Under the pieces are notes generated by a model. It saw nothing but the letters and a program-made list of their open reading frames with translations. It was not told the origin of the DNA and made no database searches. Shown piece after piece: positions 37,468 through 46,677 of a stretch of 64,000 nucleotides of DNA; position 1 is the first letter of the stretch, and each line of letters starts with the position of its first letter. Made by a program: the position numbers and the translations under genes. Source of the DNA: an uncultured Acidimicrobiia bacterium (GTDB lineage: Bacteria; Actinomycetota; Acidimicrobiia; IMCC26256; JAENVU01); NCBI GenBank assembly GCA_963756815.1, contig CAVWPR010000018.1, forward strand, positions 11,140 through 75,139, written 5' to 3'.

Positions 37468-40104
37468 TTGCTTCGCTCCCTCAAGCTCCGGACCAAGCTG
37501 ATGATGATCGTCGCGATCCCGATGATCGCCGCGCTCGCGATCGCGATCCCGGGTCTCCGCTCCCGCCAGCACGACCTCGACGCCGTGAGCAACGCACGCG
37601 CACTGCTCACGCCGGCCTCCACGGTCGTGTCGTATCTCAACCACCTCCAGGACGAGGCGTCGCTGTCGGCGTGGTGGGTCGCGTCCGGTGACCCCGCCGT
37701 GAAGACCCGCCTGCAGGCCGCCCGCGCCGCCGCCGATCGCGCCGCGCGCGGCCTGCCCGCGGCGGCCGCCGCGGCCGACGCACACGGCGCGCCCGACGCG
37801 GCCCGACGCCTGCGCGCGCTGAACGAGAGCGTCATGCTCCTCGATCAGGAACGGCAGTTCGTCGACCTGCGCATCACACCCGACGACGCCGCGCTCGGGT
37901 ACTTCCGCGACCTCGGGAACGAGACGACCAGCGCGCTCGACGCCTTCGTGCGGGCACCGCGCGCGGCCGTGGCCGTCACGATGTACCGCGACCTCGCGAC
38001 GCTCGCCCACCTCGAGAGCGGCGCCGCGGACGAACGGTCGATCCTGGCCGTCGCGTACTCGAGGCTCGCGCTCCCGGATCCGCTCGCCGCCGACCTCGTC
38101 GCCGCGGTGACGCTGCAGGACGCATCGGCGAGCGCGCTCCAGGGCCAGGGTCGTGACACCACGCGCGCGATCGTGACGTCGGGCCAGCGCGAGTTCCGTA
38201 CGGCCACCGACCAGGTGCGACAGCGGCGGGCCACCGCGCTGACGACTCGCGTCCTGGCGTTCGCGGTGACCCCGGCGCAGTGGTACGCCAGCGCGACCCG
38301 CCAGATGGCCGGATGGGGCACCATCCAGCAGCGACTCGAGCGCAGCATCGACCAGGGCCTGCGCGACCGCGAGCACCACGCGCGGGTCGTGCTCTGGTAC
38401 TACGTGATCGGCGCGCTCGGAGCGCTCCTGCTCGCCGGCCTCCTCGCCTTCCTCGTGGCCCGGGCCATCCGTCGCCCGTTGCGTCAGCTCGCCGACGGCG
38501 CGCACGACGTCGCCAACCGGCAGCTCCCGGCGCTCGTCGACGCGCTCGACGACGACACCGTCGTGCCCCCGACGATCACACCGCTCGTCGTGAAGTCGCG
38601 CGACGAGATGGGCGCGCTCGCCAAGGCGTTCAACCACGTCGAGCGGACCACCGTCGAGGTCGCCGAGCTCCAGCGGCGGGCCGTGCGGTCGGGGATCAGC
38701 GACCTGTACGTGAACCTCGCTCGTCGCAACCAGCCGCTGATCACCCGACAGCTGTCGCTCATCGAGGACCTCGAGCACGAGGAGCGTGACCCGGACCGCC
38801 TGGCCACCCTCTTCACCCTCGACCACCTCGCGACGCGGATGCGCCGCAACTCCGACAGCCTCCTGGTGCTCGCGGGCCAGGACGACCTGCTCACGGACCC
38901 CGCGCCGGTCCCGCTGCTCGACGTCGTCCGGGGTGCGGTGTCCGAGACCACCGACTTCGGTCGGATCGACACCGCGGGGATCCCGCCGGAGATCGAGGTC
39001 GTGGGCTACGCCGCGCCGGACCTCGCGCACGCGGTCTCCGAGCTGCTCGAGAACGCGACCGAGTTCTCGCCGCCGGCCACACGCGTCGTCGTTGTCGCCC
39101 GGCGAGTCGCGACCGGCCTCGAGCTCACCATCTCCGACGAGGGCATCGGGATCGCGGCGAACCGCCTCGACGCGCTGAACCACACGCTCTCGCAACCACC
39201 GCTCCCCGGGCTCGCGCTCGCGCGCTCGCTCGGTCTGATCGTGGTGGCGCGCCTCGCACACCGCATCGGCGTCGACGTGAGCCTCCGCAGCGCACCCGAT
39301 GTCGGCACCGCCGCCATCATGTTCCTGCCCGACTCGATCCTGCGCGACGCGACCCGTGGGCACCCGGCCGCCGACGGATCCGACATCGACGCGGTCGATT
39401 CGGCCGACGGGTCCGACGCGACTTCGGCCCCGGCGCCGGCCGGGGCCGGCGCGATCGCCGCCGACGAGGTCGAGATCGACCTCACCACCGAGACCGAGAC
39501 GCCGGCGCCGGCCGCCACCGAGGCGGTCCCCGACGTCGTGGCCGCGGCGCCGTGGACACGACCGGGCGCCCGCCCGGTCGAGACCGCGCACCCGGCCCCG
39601 CCGGCCGACGCCGCGCCGCCCGAGGTCGACGGCGACGAGATCGACCTGCTCCCCCGGCGGGGCCGCCACCACCGCCGGCGGCGGACACGCCGACCGGTGA
39701 CCGGGGCTCCGAGCGCGCCACCGGACCTCGGGGGCGGCGCGGCCACCGAGATCCCGACCGGCGCCGAGACGGCGCCGCCACTGCTGCCACCCGTCCTCCC
39801 GACAGCCGCCCCTGCATCCGGGCCCGTGACGGCGGCGTCCCCCGCGCCCGACGCCGCGACCGACGACGACGCCCACGGGGACCCGGACCCGACGGGCGCG
39901 ACCGCGTCCGACGACGAGGACACGGTGACGCCGGCCGGGCTGCCCCGACGCACACCGCACCCGGCGCCGACGCGGGAGCCGACCCTCGCGGCCGCACCGC
40001 CGGCGAGGCCGCCCGACGCGGTCTTCGAGCTGGTCGCCCGCTACGAGGCCGGACGACGACGCGCGGGGACGCGACCCACCGACACCGCGGAGGAGACGGA
40101 ATGA
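37468..40104 (+). CDS. Conservon sensor, CvnA-like: TM - extracytoplasmic NIT-like domain - TM - HAMP - histidine-kinase-like ATPase - long Pro/Ala-rich tail
   Basis: TTG start with AGGAG upstream. TM1 is LMMIVAIPMIAALAIAIPGL, TM2 is VVLWYYVIGALGALLLAGLLAFLVA and HAMP-like is RRPLRQLADGAHDVA. The ATPase N-box is ELLENATEFSP and the G-box is ISDEGIGI. The last 270 aa or so are P/A/D-rich. Confidence 0.85.
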   Translation: MLRSLKLRTKLMMIVAIPMIAALAIAIPGLRSRQHDLDAVSNARALLTPASTVVSYLNHLQDEASLSAWWVASGDPAVKTRLQAARAAADRAARGLPAAAAAADAHGAPDAARRLRALNESVMLLDQERQFVDLRITPDDAALGYFRDLGNETTSALDAFVRAPRAAVAVTMYRDLATLAHLESGAADERSILAVAYSRLALPDPLAADLVAAVTLQDASASALQGQGRDTTRAIVTSGQREFRTATDQVRQRRATALTTRVLAFAVTPAQWYASATRQMAGWGTIQQRLERSIDQGLRDREHHARVVLWYYVIGALGALLLAGLLAFLVARAIRRPLRQLADGAHDVANRQLPALVDALDDDTVVPPTITPLVVKSRDEMGALAKAFNHVERTTVEVAELQRRAVRSGISDLYVNLARRNQPLITRQLSLIEDLEHEERDPDRLATLFTLDHLATRMRRNSDSLLVLAGQDDLLTDPAPVPLLDVVRGAVSETTDFGRIDTAGIPPEIEVVGYAAPDLAHAVSELLENATEFSPPATRVVVVARRVATGLELTISDEGIGIAANRLDALNHTLSQPPLPGLALARSLGLIVVARLAHRIGVDVSLRSAPDVGTAAIMFLPDSILRDATRGHPAADGSDIDAVDSADGSDATSAPAPAGAGAIAADEVEIDLTTETETPAPAATEAVPDVVAAAPWTRPGARPVETAHPAPPADAAPPEVDGDEIDLLPRRGRHHRRRRTRRPVTGAPSAPPDLGGGAATEIPTGAETAPPLLPPVLPTAAPASGPVTAASPAPDAATDDDAHGDPDPTGATASDDEDTVTPAGLPRRTPHPAPTREPTLAAAPPARPPDAVFELVARYEAGRRRAGTRPTDTAEETE

Positions 40105-40520
40105 GTCATCCCGAATCCGGCCTGGACCTGGGGTTCCTGCTGTCCAATCTCGTGGAGCACGTGCCCGGGATTCGTGAGGCGGCGGTCGTCTCCTCCGACG
40201 GCCTGCTGATCGCGTTGTCGCGCGACGTCGAACGTGCGAGTGGAGACCGGCTCGCCGCGGTCGCGGCGGGCCTGATGAGCGTGGCGCGCGGCGCGGGCGT
40301 GCCGATGCGGGCCGGCGCGGTCCACGAGATCATCGTCGAGCTCGAGCACGCGCTCATCGTCGTCATGGGCATCTCCGACGGCTCCGCGCTCGCCGTGGTG
40401 GCCACCCGGCCCTGCGACATCGGTCTCGTCGCGTACGAGATGGCGATGCTCGCCGACCGCGCCGGGACGGCCCTCACCCCCCAGCTCGTGACCGACCTCC
40501 GCCAGGGGCTCCCCGCATGA
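40101..40520 (+). CDS. Roadblock/LC7-domain protein (CvnB-like)
   Basis: ATGA overlap with the sensor gene. Sequence is LLSNLVEHVPGIREAAVVSSDGLLIA..SGDRLAAVAAGLMSVARG..EHALIVVMGISDGSALAVV. Confidence 0.85.
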   Translation: MSHPESGLDLGFLLSNLVEHVPGIREAAVVSSDGLLIALSRDVERASGDRLAAVAAGLMSVARGAGVPMRAGAVHEIIVELEHALIVVMGISDGSALAVVATRPCDIGLVAYEMAMLADRAGTALTPQLVTDLRQGLPA

Positions 40521-40533
40521 TCTCGGCCGCACC

Positions 40534-40893
40534 ATGAGGGGGCCGAGCGAGGTGCCGGACACGCGTCCGGCGCTGACCCGGCCGTACGTGCTCACCGGCG
40601 GGCGCACGCGCAGTGCGGCCGACCTGCCCCTCGAGGCGATCGTCGTCACCGAGCGCACCACGCTCCCGGTCGGCGCCACGCCCGAGCTCGTCGCCATCGT
40701 CGAGCTGTGCGCGGAGCCGCACTCGATCGTCGAGATCGCCGCGATCCTCGGACTGCACATCGGTGTCGTGCGCGTCCTCGTGGGCGACCTCACCGGTGAG
40801 GGAAACCTCTCGGTGGGCGCGACCGCGAGCACCGTGCTCGACGAACGCATCCGCGTCCTCGAACGACTGCTGGAGGGTGTCCGTGGCCTCTGA
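40534..40893 (+). CDS. DUF742-domain protein (CvnC-like)
   Basis: Sequence RPYVLTGGRTRSAADLPLEAIVVT..SIVEIAAILGLHIGVVRVLVGDL is the characteristic DUF742 pattern. Confidence 0.8.
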   Translation: MRGPSEVPDTRPALTRPYVLTGGRTRSAADLPLEAIVVTERTTLPVGATPELVAIVELCAEPHSIVEIAAILGLHIGVVRVLVGDLTGEGNLSVGATASTVLDERIRVLERLLEGVRGL

Positions 40894-41479
40894 CCGCGCA
40901 CCGGCACCGATCGCGCTCAAGGTCGTCATCGCCGGCGGCTTCGGCGTGGGCAAGACCACGACCGTCGGGTCGATCTCCGAGATCGAGCCGCTGTCGACCG
41001 ACGCCGCGATGACCGATGTCGGCGTCGGGGTCGACGTCGCGACGCTCACTCCCGAGAAGGTCGACACCACCGCCGCGCTCGACTTCGGACGGATCACCTT
41101 CAGCGACGGCATCGTGCTCTACCTCTTCGGCACCCCCGGCCAGGAGCGCTTCTCGTTCATGTGGGACGAGCTCGCGCGCGGTGCCGTCGGCGCGATCGTC
41201 GTGGCCGACACGCGCCGCCTCGCCGACTCCTTCCCCGCGATCGACTTCTTCGAGGATCTCGGCGTCCCGTTCATCGTCGCGGTCAACTGCTTCGACGGTC
41301 GGATCCTGCACAGCACGACCGACGTCCGCGAGGCCGTCGCGGTGGATCCGGACGTTCCGGTCGAACTGTTCGACGCGCGGGACCGGGACACCGTGAAGCA
41401 CGTCCTCGCCGTCCTCGTGGAGCGCTCGTTGGGGCTGGCGCGGGCGGATCTCGTCGCCGCCGCGAGCCCGCCGGGTTGA
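40877..41479 (+). CDS. Small Ras/MglA-like GTPase (CvnD-like ATP/GTP-binding protein)
   Basis: G1 is IAGGFGVGKTT, G3 is LFGTPGQERF and G4-like is AVNCFD. The GTG start overlaps the end of the DUF742 gene. GTG 40883 is an alternative start. Confidence 0.85.
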   Translation: MSVASDRAPAPIALKVVIAGGFGVGKTTTVGSISEIEPLSTDAAMTDVGVGVDVATLTPEKVDTTAALDFGRITFSDGIVLYLFGTPGQERFSFMWDELARGAVGAIVVADTRRLADSFPAIDFFEDLGVPFIVAVNCFDGRILHSTTDVREAVAVDPDVPVELFDARDRDTVKHVLAVLVERSLGLARADLVAAASPPG

Positions 41480-41593
41480 GCAACCGTTGGTCGGCGGACG
41501 CTTGCGCTGACCGGGCAGAGCGGGCATTGTCTGGCAACCTGACGACTCGTCAGATGCACCACAAGGTCGCTGGCGCGACGAAATGGGGGACTC

Positions 41594-42985
41594 GTGAAGC
41601 GCTTTCGGTGGTTGGCCTTCCTGTGTGTCATCGCAGTCGTCGTCGCGGCCTGTGGGCGGAGCGACAACCAGTCGAGCTCGGAGACGACGACCACGTCGAA
41701 GGGCACGAGCAGCGGCGGGGCGTCGTCCGGCGCGTTCGGCACGAGTGACGTCGTCTGCAAGTCGGGCAGCCCTTCGGGCTCGCCGGCGCAGGGCGTCAGC
41801 CCCACCGAGATCCAGATCGGGACGCTGTCGGACCCCGGCTTCGCCGGCCGGCCGGGCCTGAACCAGGAGCTGTTCGACACCGCCACCGTCTTCGCGAAGT
41901 GGTGCAACGCGGCCGGGGGGATCAACGGCCGCAAGATCGTGGTCAACCAACGGGACGCGGCGCTGTTCGACGTGAAGGCCAAGATGACCGAGTCCTGCGC
42001 CAACGACTTCATGACCGTCGGCGGTGGCGTGGTCTTCGACCAGGACGGCGTGCAGACCCGACTGAGCTGCCTCATGCCCGACATCGCCGGCTACGCGGTG
42101 AGCCCCCAGGCGCGCGGCGCCGACCTGCTGATCCAACCGGTGCCGAACTCCACCAAGACGCTGCCGATCGGCGACTACCGCTATCTCGGCGAGAAGTACC
42201 CGGCCGCCACCAAGGCGTACGGCATCCTCGCCGGTGACGTCGAGACCACCAAGATCGTCGGCCGACAGGCGGACGAGGCGGTGCAGAGCCTCGGCTGGAA
42301 GAAGGTCTACGACGACGTCTGGCCCGCGGCCGGCCTGAGCGACTGGACGCCGTACGCGCAGAAGATCAAGGACAACGGCGTCAAGGGCCTGATCTGGGTG
42401 GGTGAGCCGGAGAACCTCGGGAAGCTGCTCGTCGCGTTGAACGACATCGGCTACACGCTCGACTTCATCCGGACCGACACGAACAACTACGACCAGAAGC
42501 TGATCGACACCGGCGGCTCGGCCGTGAAGAACGTGTACATCCGCAGCGCGTTCGACCTCTTCGAGAACGCGAAGGGCAACAACCCGACGCAGCAGTACCT
42601 CGACGCGTTCAAGAAGTACCTCCCGAACGGCAAGGCCCGCGCGAACCTCGGCCTGCAGGCGTGGTCGGCCTGGCTGCTCTTCGCCACCGCCGCGAACGAG
42701 TGCGGAAACGACCTGACCCGCAAGTGCGTGTACGACAACGCCAAGAAGATCAAGGAGTGGACCGGCGGTGGGCTCCACACGGCGTCCGATCTCGCGACCG
42801 GCGTCGCCACGAACTGCTTCACCGAGATCGTCGCGTCCCCGTCCGGCTTCAAGATCGCGAGCGACCTCCACCCCAACGAGGGTGTGTACCGCTGCCAGAA
42901 GGGCGGCGTGTACACCCTCACCGGTGACTATCCGCAGGGCGTGACCCTCGCCGACGTCGGAAAGACGATGGCCGACTTCAAGTAG
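41594..42985 (+). CDS. Branched-chain-amino-acid-type ABC transporter substrate-binding lipoprotein
   Basis: The lipobox is FLCVIAVVVAAC, followed by an S/T-rich linker and then a PBP type-I fold pattern. The 463 aa ORF is intact. Confidence 0.85.
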   Translation: MKRFRWLAFLCVIAVVVAACGRSDNQSSSETTTTSKGTSSGGASSGAFGTSDVVCKSGSPSGSPAQGVSPTEIQIGTLSDPGFAGRPGLNQELFDTATVFAKWCNAAGGINGRKIVVNQRDAALFDVKAKMTESCANDFMTVGGGVVFDQDGVQTRLSCLMPDIAGYAVSPQARGADLLIQPVPNSTKTLPIGDYRYLGEKYPAATKAYGILAGDVETTKIVGRQADEAVQSLGWKKVYDDVWPAAGLSDWTPYAQKIKDNGVKGLIWVGEPENLGKLLVALNDIGYTLDFIRTDTNNYDQKLIDTGGSAVKNVYIRSAFDLFENAKGNNPTQQYLDAFKKYLPNGKARANLGLQAWSAWLLFATAANECGNDLTRKCVYDNAKKIKEWTGGGLHTASDLATGVATNCFTEIVASPSGFKIASDLHPNEGVYRCQKGGVYTLTGDYPQGVTLADVGKTMADFK

Positions 42986-43066
42986 CGGTCCGGCGTCCCG
43001 GGCGGTCGCGTGCACGTGCGACGCGAACTCCGGGACCGAACCGCCGCACACGCGGCCGGGAGACGA

Positions 43067-45250
43067 GTGGACAAGTTCCTCACCTTCACGATCGTCGGGT
43101 TGAGCCTCGCGGCGATCTACGCCGTCATCGCGAGCGGGCTCGTCCTCACGTACACGACGACCGGCATCTTCAACTTCGCGCACGGCGCCGCGGGGATGCT
43201 CGCCGCCTTCCTCTACTGGCAGCTGCGGTTCGACTGGGGCTGGCCGGTGCCCGTCGTGCTGATCCTGATCCTCGGCGTGGCCGCGCCGCTCTTCGGGGTC
43301 ATCCTCGAGGTCGTCGTCATGCGGGGGTTACGGGGCACGACCGACACCGTGAAGCTCGTGGTGTCCATCTCGCTGCTGCTGTTCATGATCGGCCTCGCCC
43401 AGTTCATCTGGGCGCCGGGCGTCAGCCGGCCGATGTCGAAGTTCTTCCAGTCGAACGCCCCGATCCACGTCGGCCCCACCACGATCACCTGGCACCAGGC
43501 CATCACCATCGGGGTCGCGATCCTCGTCGCCATCGGGCTGCGCATCGTCCTGACCCGCTTCCGTTGGGGCATCGCGATGCGCGCCGCGGTCGACGACCCG
43601 TCGCTCTCGGCGCTGAACGGGGCCCGGCCCAACCGCGTGTCGATGCTCGCCTGGGCGCTCGGCACGGCCCTCGCCGCGCTCGGCGGCATCCTGATCGCCC
43701 CGAACGTCACCCTCGACGCGCCGTCGCTCAGCCTGCTCATCGTCAGCGCGTACGCCGCCGCGATCTTCGGTCGTCTGCGGAGCCTGCCGCTCACGTTCGT
43801 GGGCGCGATCGTGATCGGCCTCACCGAGGGCTACCTCACCGGCTACCTGCCCCAGAACCCGTACCTGCCGGGGTTGCGAATCGCGAGCCCGGCGATCCTG
43901 CTCTTCCTCGTCCTCCTGATCCTGCCCAACCCGCGCCTGCGGGGTCGGATGACGCGCAGTCGTGAGTACTTCCCGATGCCGAGCGTGCGCGGCGCGCTGA
44001 TCTTCGCCGGGGTCGTGGTGTTCGGCGGCGTCGTCCTGATGACGACGCTCTCGACGCCCGACCAGCTGACGTTCGGGCGACTGTTCCCCATCGGCGTCGT
44101 CGCGCTGTCGCTCATCCCGCTCGTGGGCTACGGCGGGCAGATCTCGCTCTGCCAGCTGAGCTTCGCCGGGATCGGCGGCCTCGTGTTCGCCCACCTCGGG
44201 CGGGGTGGCGATCCGCTCGCGCTCGTGTGGGCGATGCTCATCGCCGCCGCGGTCGGGGCGCTGATCGCGTTGCCGGCACTGCGCCTGTCGGGCATCTACC
44301 TCGCGCTCGGCACCGCGGCCTTCGCGGTGATCCTCGACAAGTGGATCTGGTCGCTCCCCAAGTTCAGCGTCTTCGGTCTGTTCGACGTCGACCTTTTCAC
44401 CCAGGGCTCGATCAACGTCGACTCGTTACGGTTCTTCGGCACCACCTACTCCGATCCGGGCTCACAGATGGTGATCGGATCGATCGCGTTCGCGCTCGTG
44501 TCGTTGGTGGTCATCGCGATCCGGCGCGGCCGCCTCGGGCGACGACTCATCGCGATGAAGGACAGCGAGGCCGCGTGCGCCACGCTCGGGATGAACCTGT
44601 TCGGCACCAAGCTCCTGGTCTTCGCGATCTCGGCCGGCATCGCCGGGCTCGGTGGCGCCCTCTACGCGATGCAGCTCACCTCGATCCAGGCCGGCAACTT
44701 CGACCTGGTGAGCAGCCTGCAGGTGTTCGCGCTCACGGTCGTGGGTGGCATCGGCGCGGTCGGCGGCGCGCTGTTCGCGGGCATCTCCCTGTACGTCGTG
44801 CTGCCGCTCATCGTGAAGCTGTGGCCGGGGTCGGTCCGGTGGGTCGGCCTGCTCCCGGGCGGTACCGGCATCGGGCTCGGCCGAAACCCGAACGGCGCGG
44901 TCCACGACATGCGCGAGGGGTTCTCGGCGCTGGCGAGCTCGCCGTCGTCACTGCTCGTCATGACGCTCGCCATCCTCGCCTCGTACGGCCTGCGGCTCGC
45001 CGACGCGATCGACAACTGGACGTTCGTGGCGTGTCTCGTCGTGATCCCGCTCGCGGCGGCGATCGTGGCCACGCTGTCCGCCGCGGCCGAGCAGCGGACG
45101 CGTGCCCGCCTCGACGACGTGCCGGCCGAGACGCCGCTCGAGTGGGTCGGCATCGACCGGCCGTGGAACGACGACGACGTGCAGGCGCTCGACCGGTACC
45201 TCGGGACGAGCGAGAGCGAATGGGAGCCCAGTGGCGCTGCTCGAGGTTGA
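43067..45250 (+). CDS. Fused LivH-LivM-type ABC permease (single polypeptide) with C-terminal extension
   Basis: The first half is LivH-like (TFTIVGLSLAAIYAVIASGLVLTY..FNFAHGA..MRAAVDDP). The second half is LivM-like (GQISLCQLSFAGIGG..LRLSGIYLALGTAAF..IAMKDSEAA..GMN). GTG 43067 has GGGAG upstream. Confidence 0.85.
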   Translation: MDKFLTFTIVGLSLAAIYAVIASGLVLTYTTTGIFNFAHGAAGMLAAFLYWQLRFDWGWPVPVVLILILGVAAPLFGVILEVVVMRGLRGTTDTVKLVVSISLLLFMIGLAQFIWAPGVSRPMSKFFQSNAPIHVGPTTITWHQAITIGVAILVAIGLRIVLTRFRWGIAMRAAVDDPSLSALNGARPNRVSMLAWALGTALAALGGILIAPNVTLDAPSLSLLIVSAYAAAIFGRLRSLPLTFVGAIVIGLTEGYLTGYLPQNPYLPGLRIASPAILLFLVLLILPNPRLRGRMTRSREYFPMPSVRGALIFAGVVVFGGVVLMTTLSTPDQLTFGRLFPIGVVALSLIPLVGYGGQISLCQLSFAGIGGLVFAHLGRGGDPLALVWAMLIAAAVGALIALPALRLSGIYLALGTAAFAVILDKWIWSLPKFSVFGLFDVDLFTQGSINVDSLRFFGTTYSDPGSQMVIGSIAFALVSLVVIAIRRGRLGRRLIAMKDSEAACATLGMNLFGTKLLVFAISAGIAGLGGALYAMQLTSIQAGNFDLVSSLQVFALTVVGGIGAVGGALFAGISLYVVLPLIVKLWPGSVRWVGLLPGGTGIGLGRNPNGAVHDMREGFSALASSPSSLLVMTLAILASYGLRLADAIDNWTFVACLVVIPLAAAIVATLSAAAEQRTRARLDDVPAETPLEWVGIDRPWNDDDVQALDRYLGTSESEWEPSGAARG

Positions 45251-45957
45251 CACCGCCACCGTCCGGTTCGGCGGGAACGTCGCGCTCGACGCGGTGGACC
45301 TCGCGGCCGAGCCCGGCGTGGTGACGGGTCTGATCGGTCCGAACGGCGCGGGCAAGACCACGTTGTTCAACGTGATCACCGGCCTGCTCCCGCCGAACCA
45401 GGGCCGCATCCGCCTCAGCCGGCAAGGACGTGACCCACCTCTCCCCCACGCGACGAGCCCGGCGCGGCCTCGCCCGCACGTTCCAGCGCCTGGAGCTCTT
45501 CAGCCTCCTGAGCGTGCGCGAGAACATCCGCGTCGCCGCCGACGTCCGCAAGGGTTGGTCGCACGACAAGGACGACCCCGCCGAGGTGGTGGAGAACATC
45601 ATCGAACGCGTCGGTCTCGAGCGCGTCGCCGACGCACGGGTCGACTCCCTCCCCACCGGACAGTGCCGCCTGGTCGAGCTCGGCCGCTGCCTCGCCACCA
45701 AGCCGCAGGTGCTGCTCCTCGACGAGCCCGCGTCGGGTCAGGACGAGAGCGAGACGATCGAGTTCGCGCAGCTGCTCCGTGCGCTCGCCGCCGACGGCGT
45801 GGCGGTGGTGCTCGTCGAGCACGACGTGGCACTGGTGATGGAGGTGTGCTCCACCGTGCACGTGCTCGACTTCGGTCGGATCATCGCGAGCGGGACGCCG
45901 GCCGAGATCCAGGCCGACGAGGCCGTGCTCGCCGCGTACCTGGGGACCAGCTCGTGA
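45231..45957 (+). pseudogene. LivG-type ABC ATP-binding protein, one frame break near 45420
   Basis: Walker A GPNGAGKTTLFNVITG is in the first frame. After GRIRL the sequence continues in the 45430 frame (..THLSPTRRARRGLARTFQ, LPTGQCRLVELGRCL, LLLDEPASG). Confidence 0.85.
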
Positions 45958-46658
45958 ACCTCCTCGAGCTGCGCGGCGTGCGCGCCGCGTACGACCGCAT
46001 CGACGTGCTCTTCGGCATCGACCTCGAGGTGCCCGAGGGCAGTGTCGTGGCGCTCCTCGGCCCGAACGGCGCGGGCAAGACCACCACGCTGCGGGTGGCG
46101 GCCGGGCTGCACGCGCCGACGGCCGGCGACGTGTTCGTGGCCGGCCGTCGGGTGAACGGGACGGCGCCGGAGGACCTGGCCCGGCGCGGGCTGTGTCTCA
46201 TTCCCGAGGGCCGGGGCATCTTCCCGAACCTGACGGTCCGGGAGAACCTCCGGATGATGACGTACTCGGGCACGAGTCTGAGCACCATCGAGCGCGAGGC
46301 GTACACCCGCTTCCCGCGGCTCGAGGAGCGACGCAAGCAGATCGCGGGGACCCTGTCGGGCGGCGAGCAGCAGATGCTCGCCATGGCGCGGGGGCTGGCC
46401 ACCCATCCGGCCCTCCTGCTGCTCGACGAGCTCTCGATGGGACTCGCACCGATCATCGTGGAGGAGCTCTACGCGATCGTGGCCCAGATCGCGCGCGAGG
46501 GTGTCTCGATCCTGGTGGTCGAGCAGTTCGCGAGCACGGTGCTCGGCGTTGCCGATCTCGCCGCCGTGCTGGTGCACGGCCGGGTGGCGCGCGTGGGGAC
46601 ACCGCACGAGTTGCAGGATGAATTGTCGAAGGCGTACCTCGGCGGCGAGCCGCGGTGA
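45954..46658 (+). CDS. LivF-type ABC ATP-binding protein
   Basis: GTGA overlap with the upstream gene. Motifs are GPNGAGKTT, LSGGEQQMLAMARGL and LLLDELSMGLAP. Confidence 0.9.
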   Translation: MNLLELRGVRAAYDRIDVLFGIDLEVPEGSVVALLGPNGAGKTTTLRVAAGLHAPTAGDVFVAGRRVNGTAPEDLARRGLCLIPEGRGIFPNLTVRENLRMMTYSGTSLSTIEREAYTRFPRLEERRKQIAGTLSGGEQQMLAMARGLATHPALLLLDELSMGLAPIIVEELYAIVAQIAREGVSILVVEQFASTVLGVADLAAVLVHGRVARVGTPHELQDELSKAYLGGEPR

Positions 46659-46677
46659 GACCAGGAGTGACACAACG

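Noticed and set aside
36124-39960. 1278 aa minus-strand ORF, the longest in the track
   Set aside because: It is antisense to the SBP and sensor genes, which have clear signal, TM, HAMP and ATPase motifs. Its translation is low-complexity R/G/D-rich. The same reasoning applies to 40790..43183(-), 49385..52366(+), 26611..29106(+), 23616..25928(+) and 23638..25557(-).
13150-41479. Functional link between the pentapeptide-repeat gene and the conservon, as in the mycobacterial mfpA-E operon
   Set aside because: The two are 22 kb apart on opposite strands with many unrelated genes between them. The pentapeptide protein here has an export/lipobox signal, which is incompatible with an MfpA-like cytoplasmic gyrase-mimic role.
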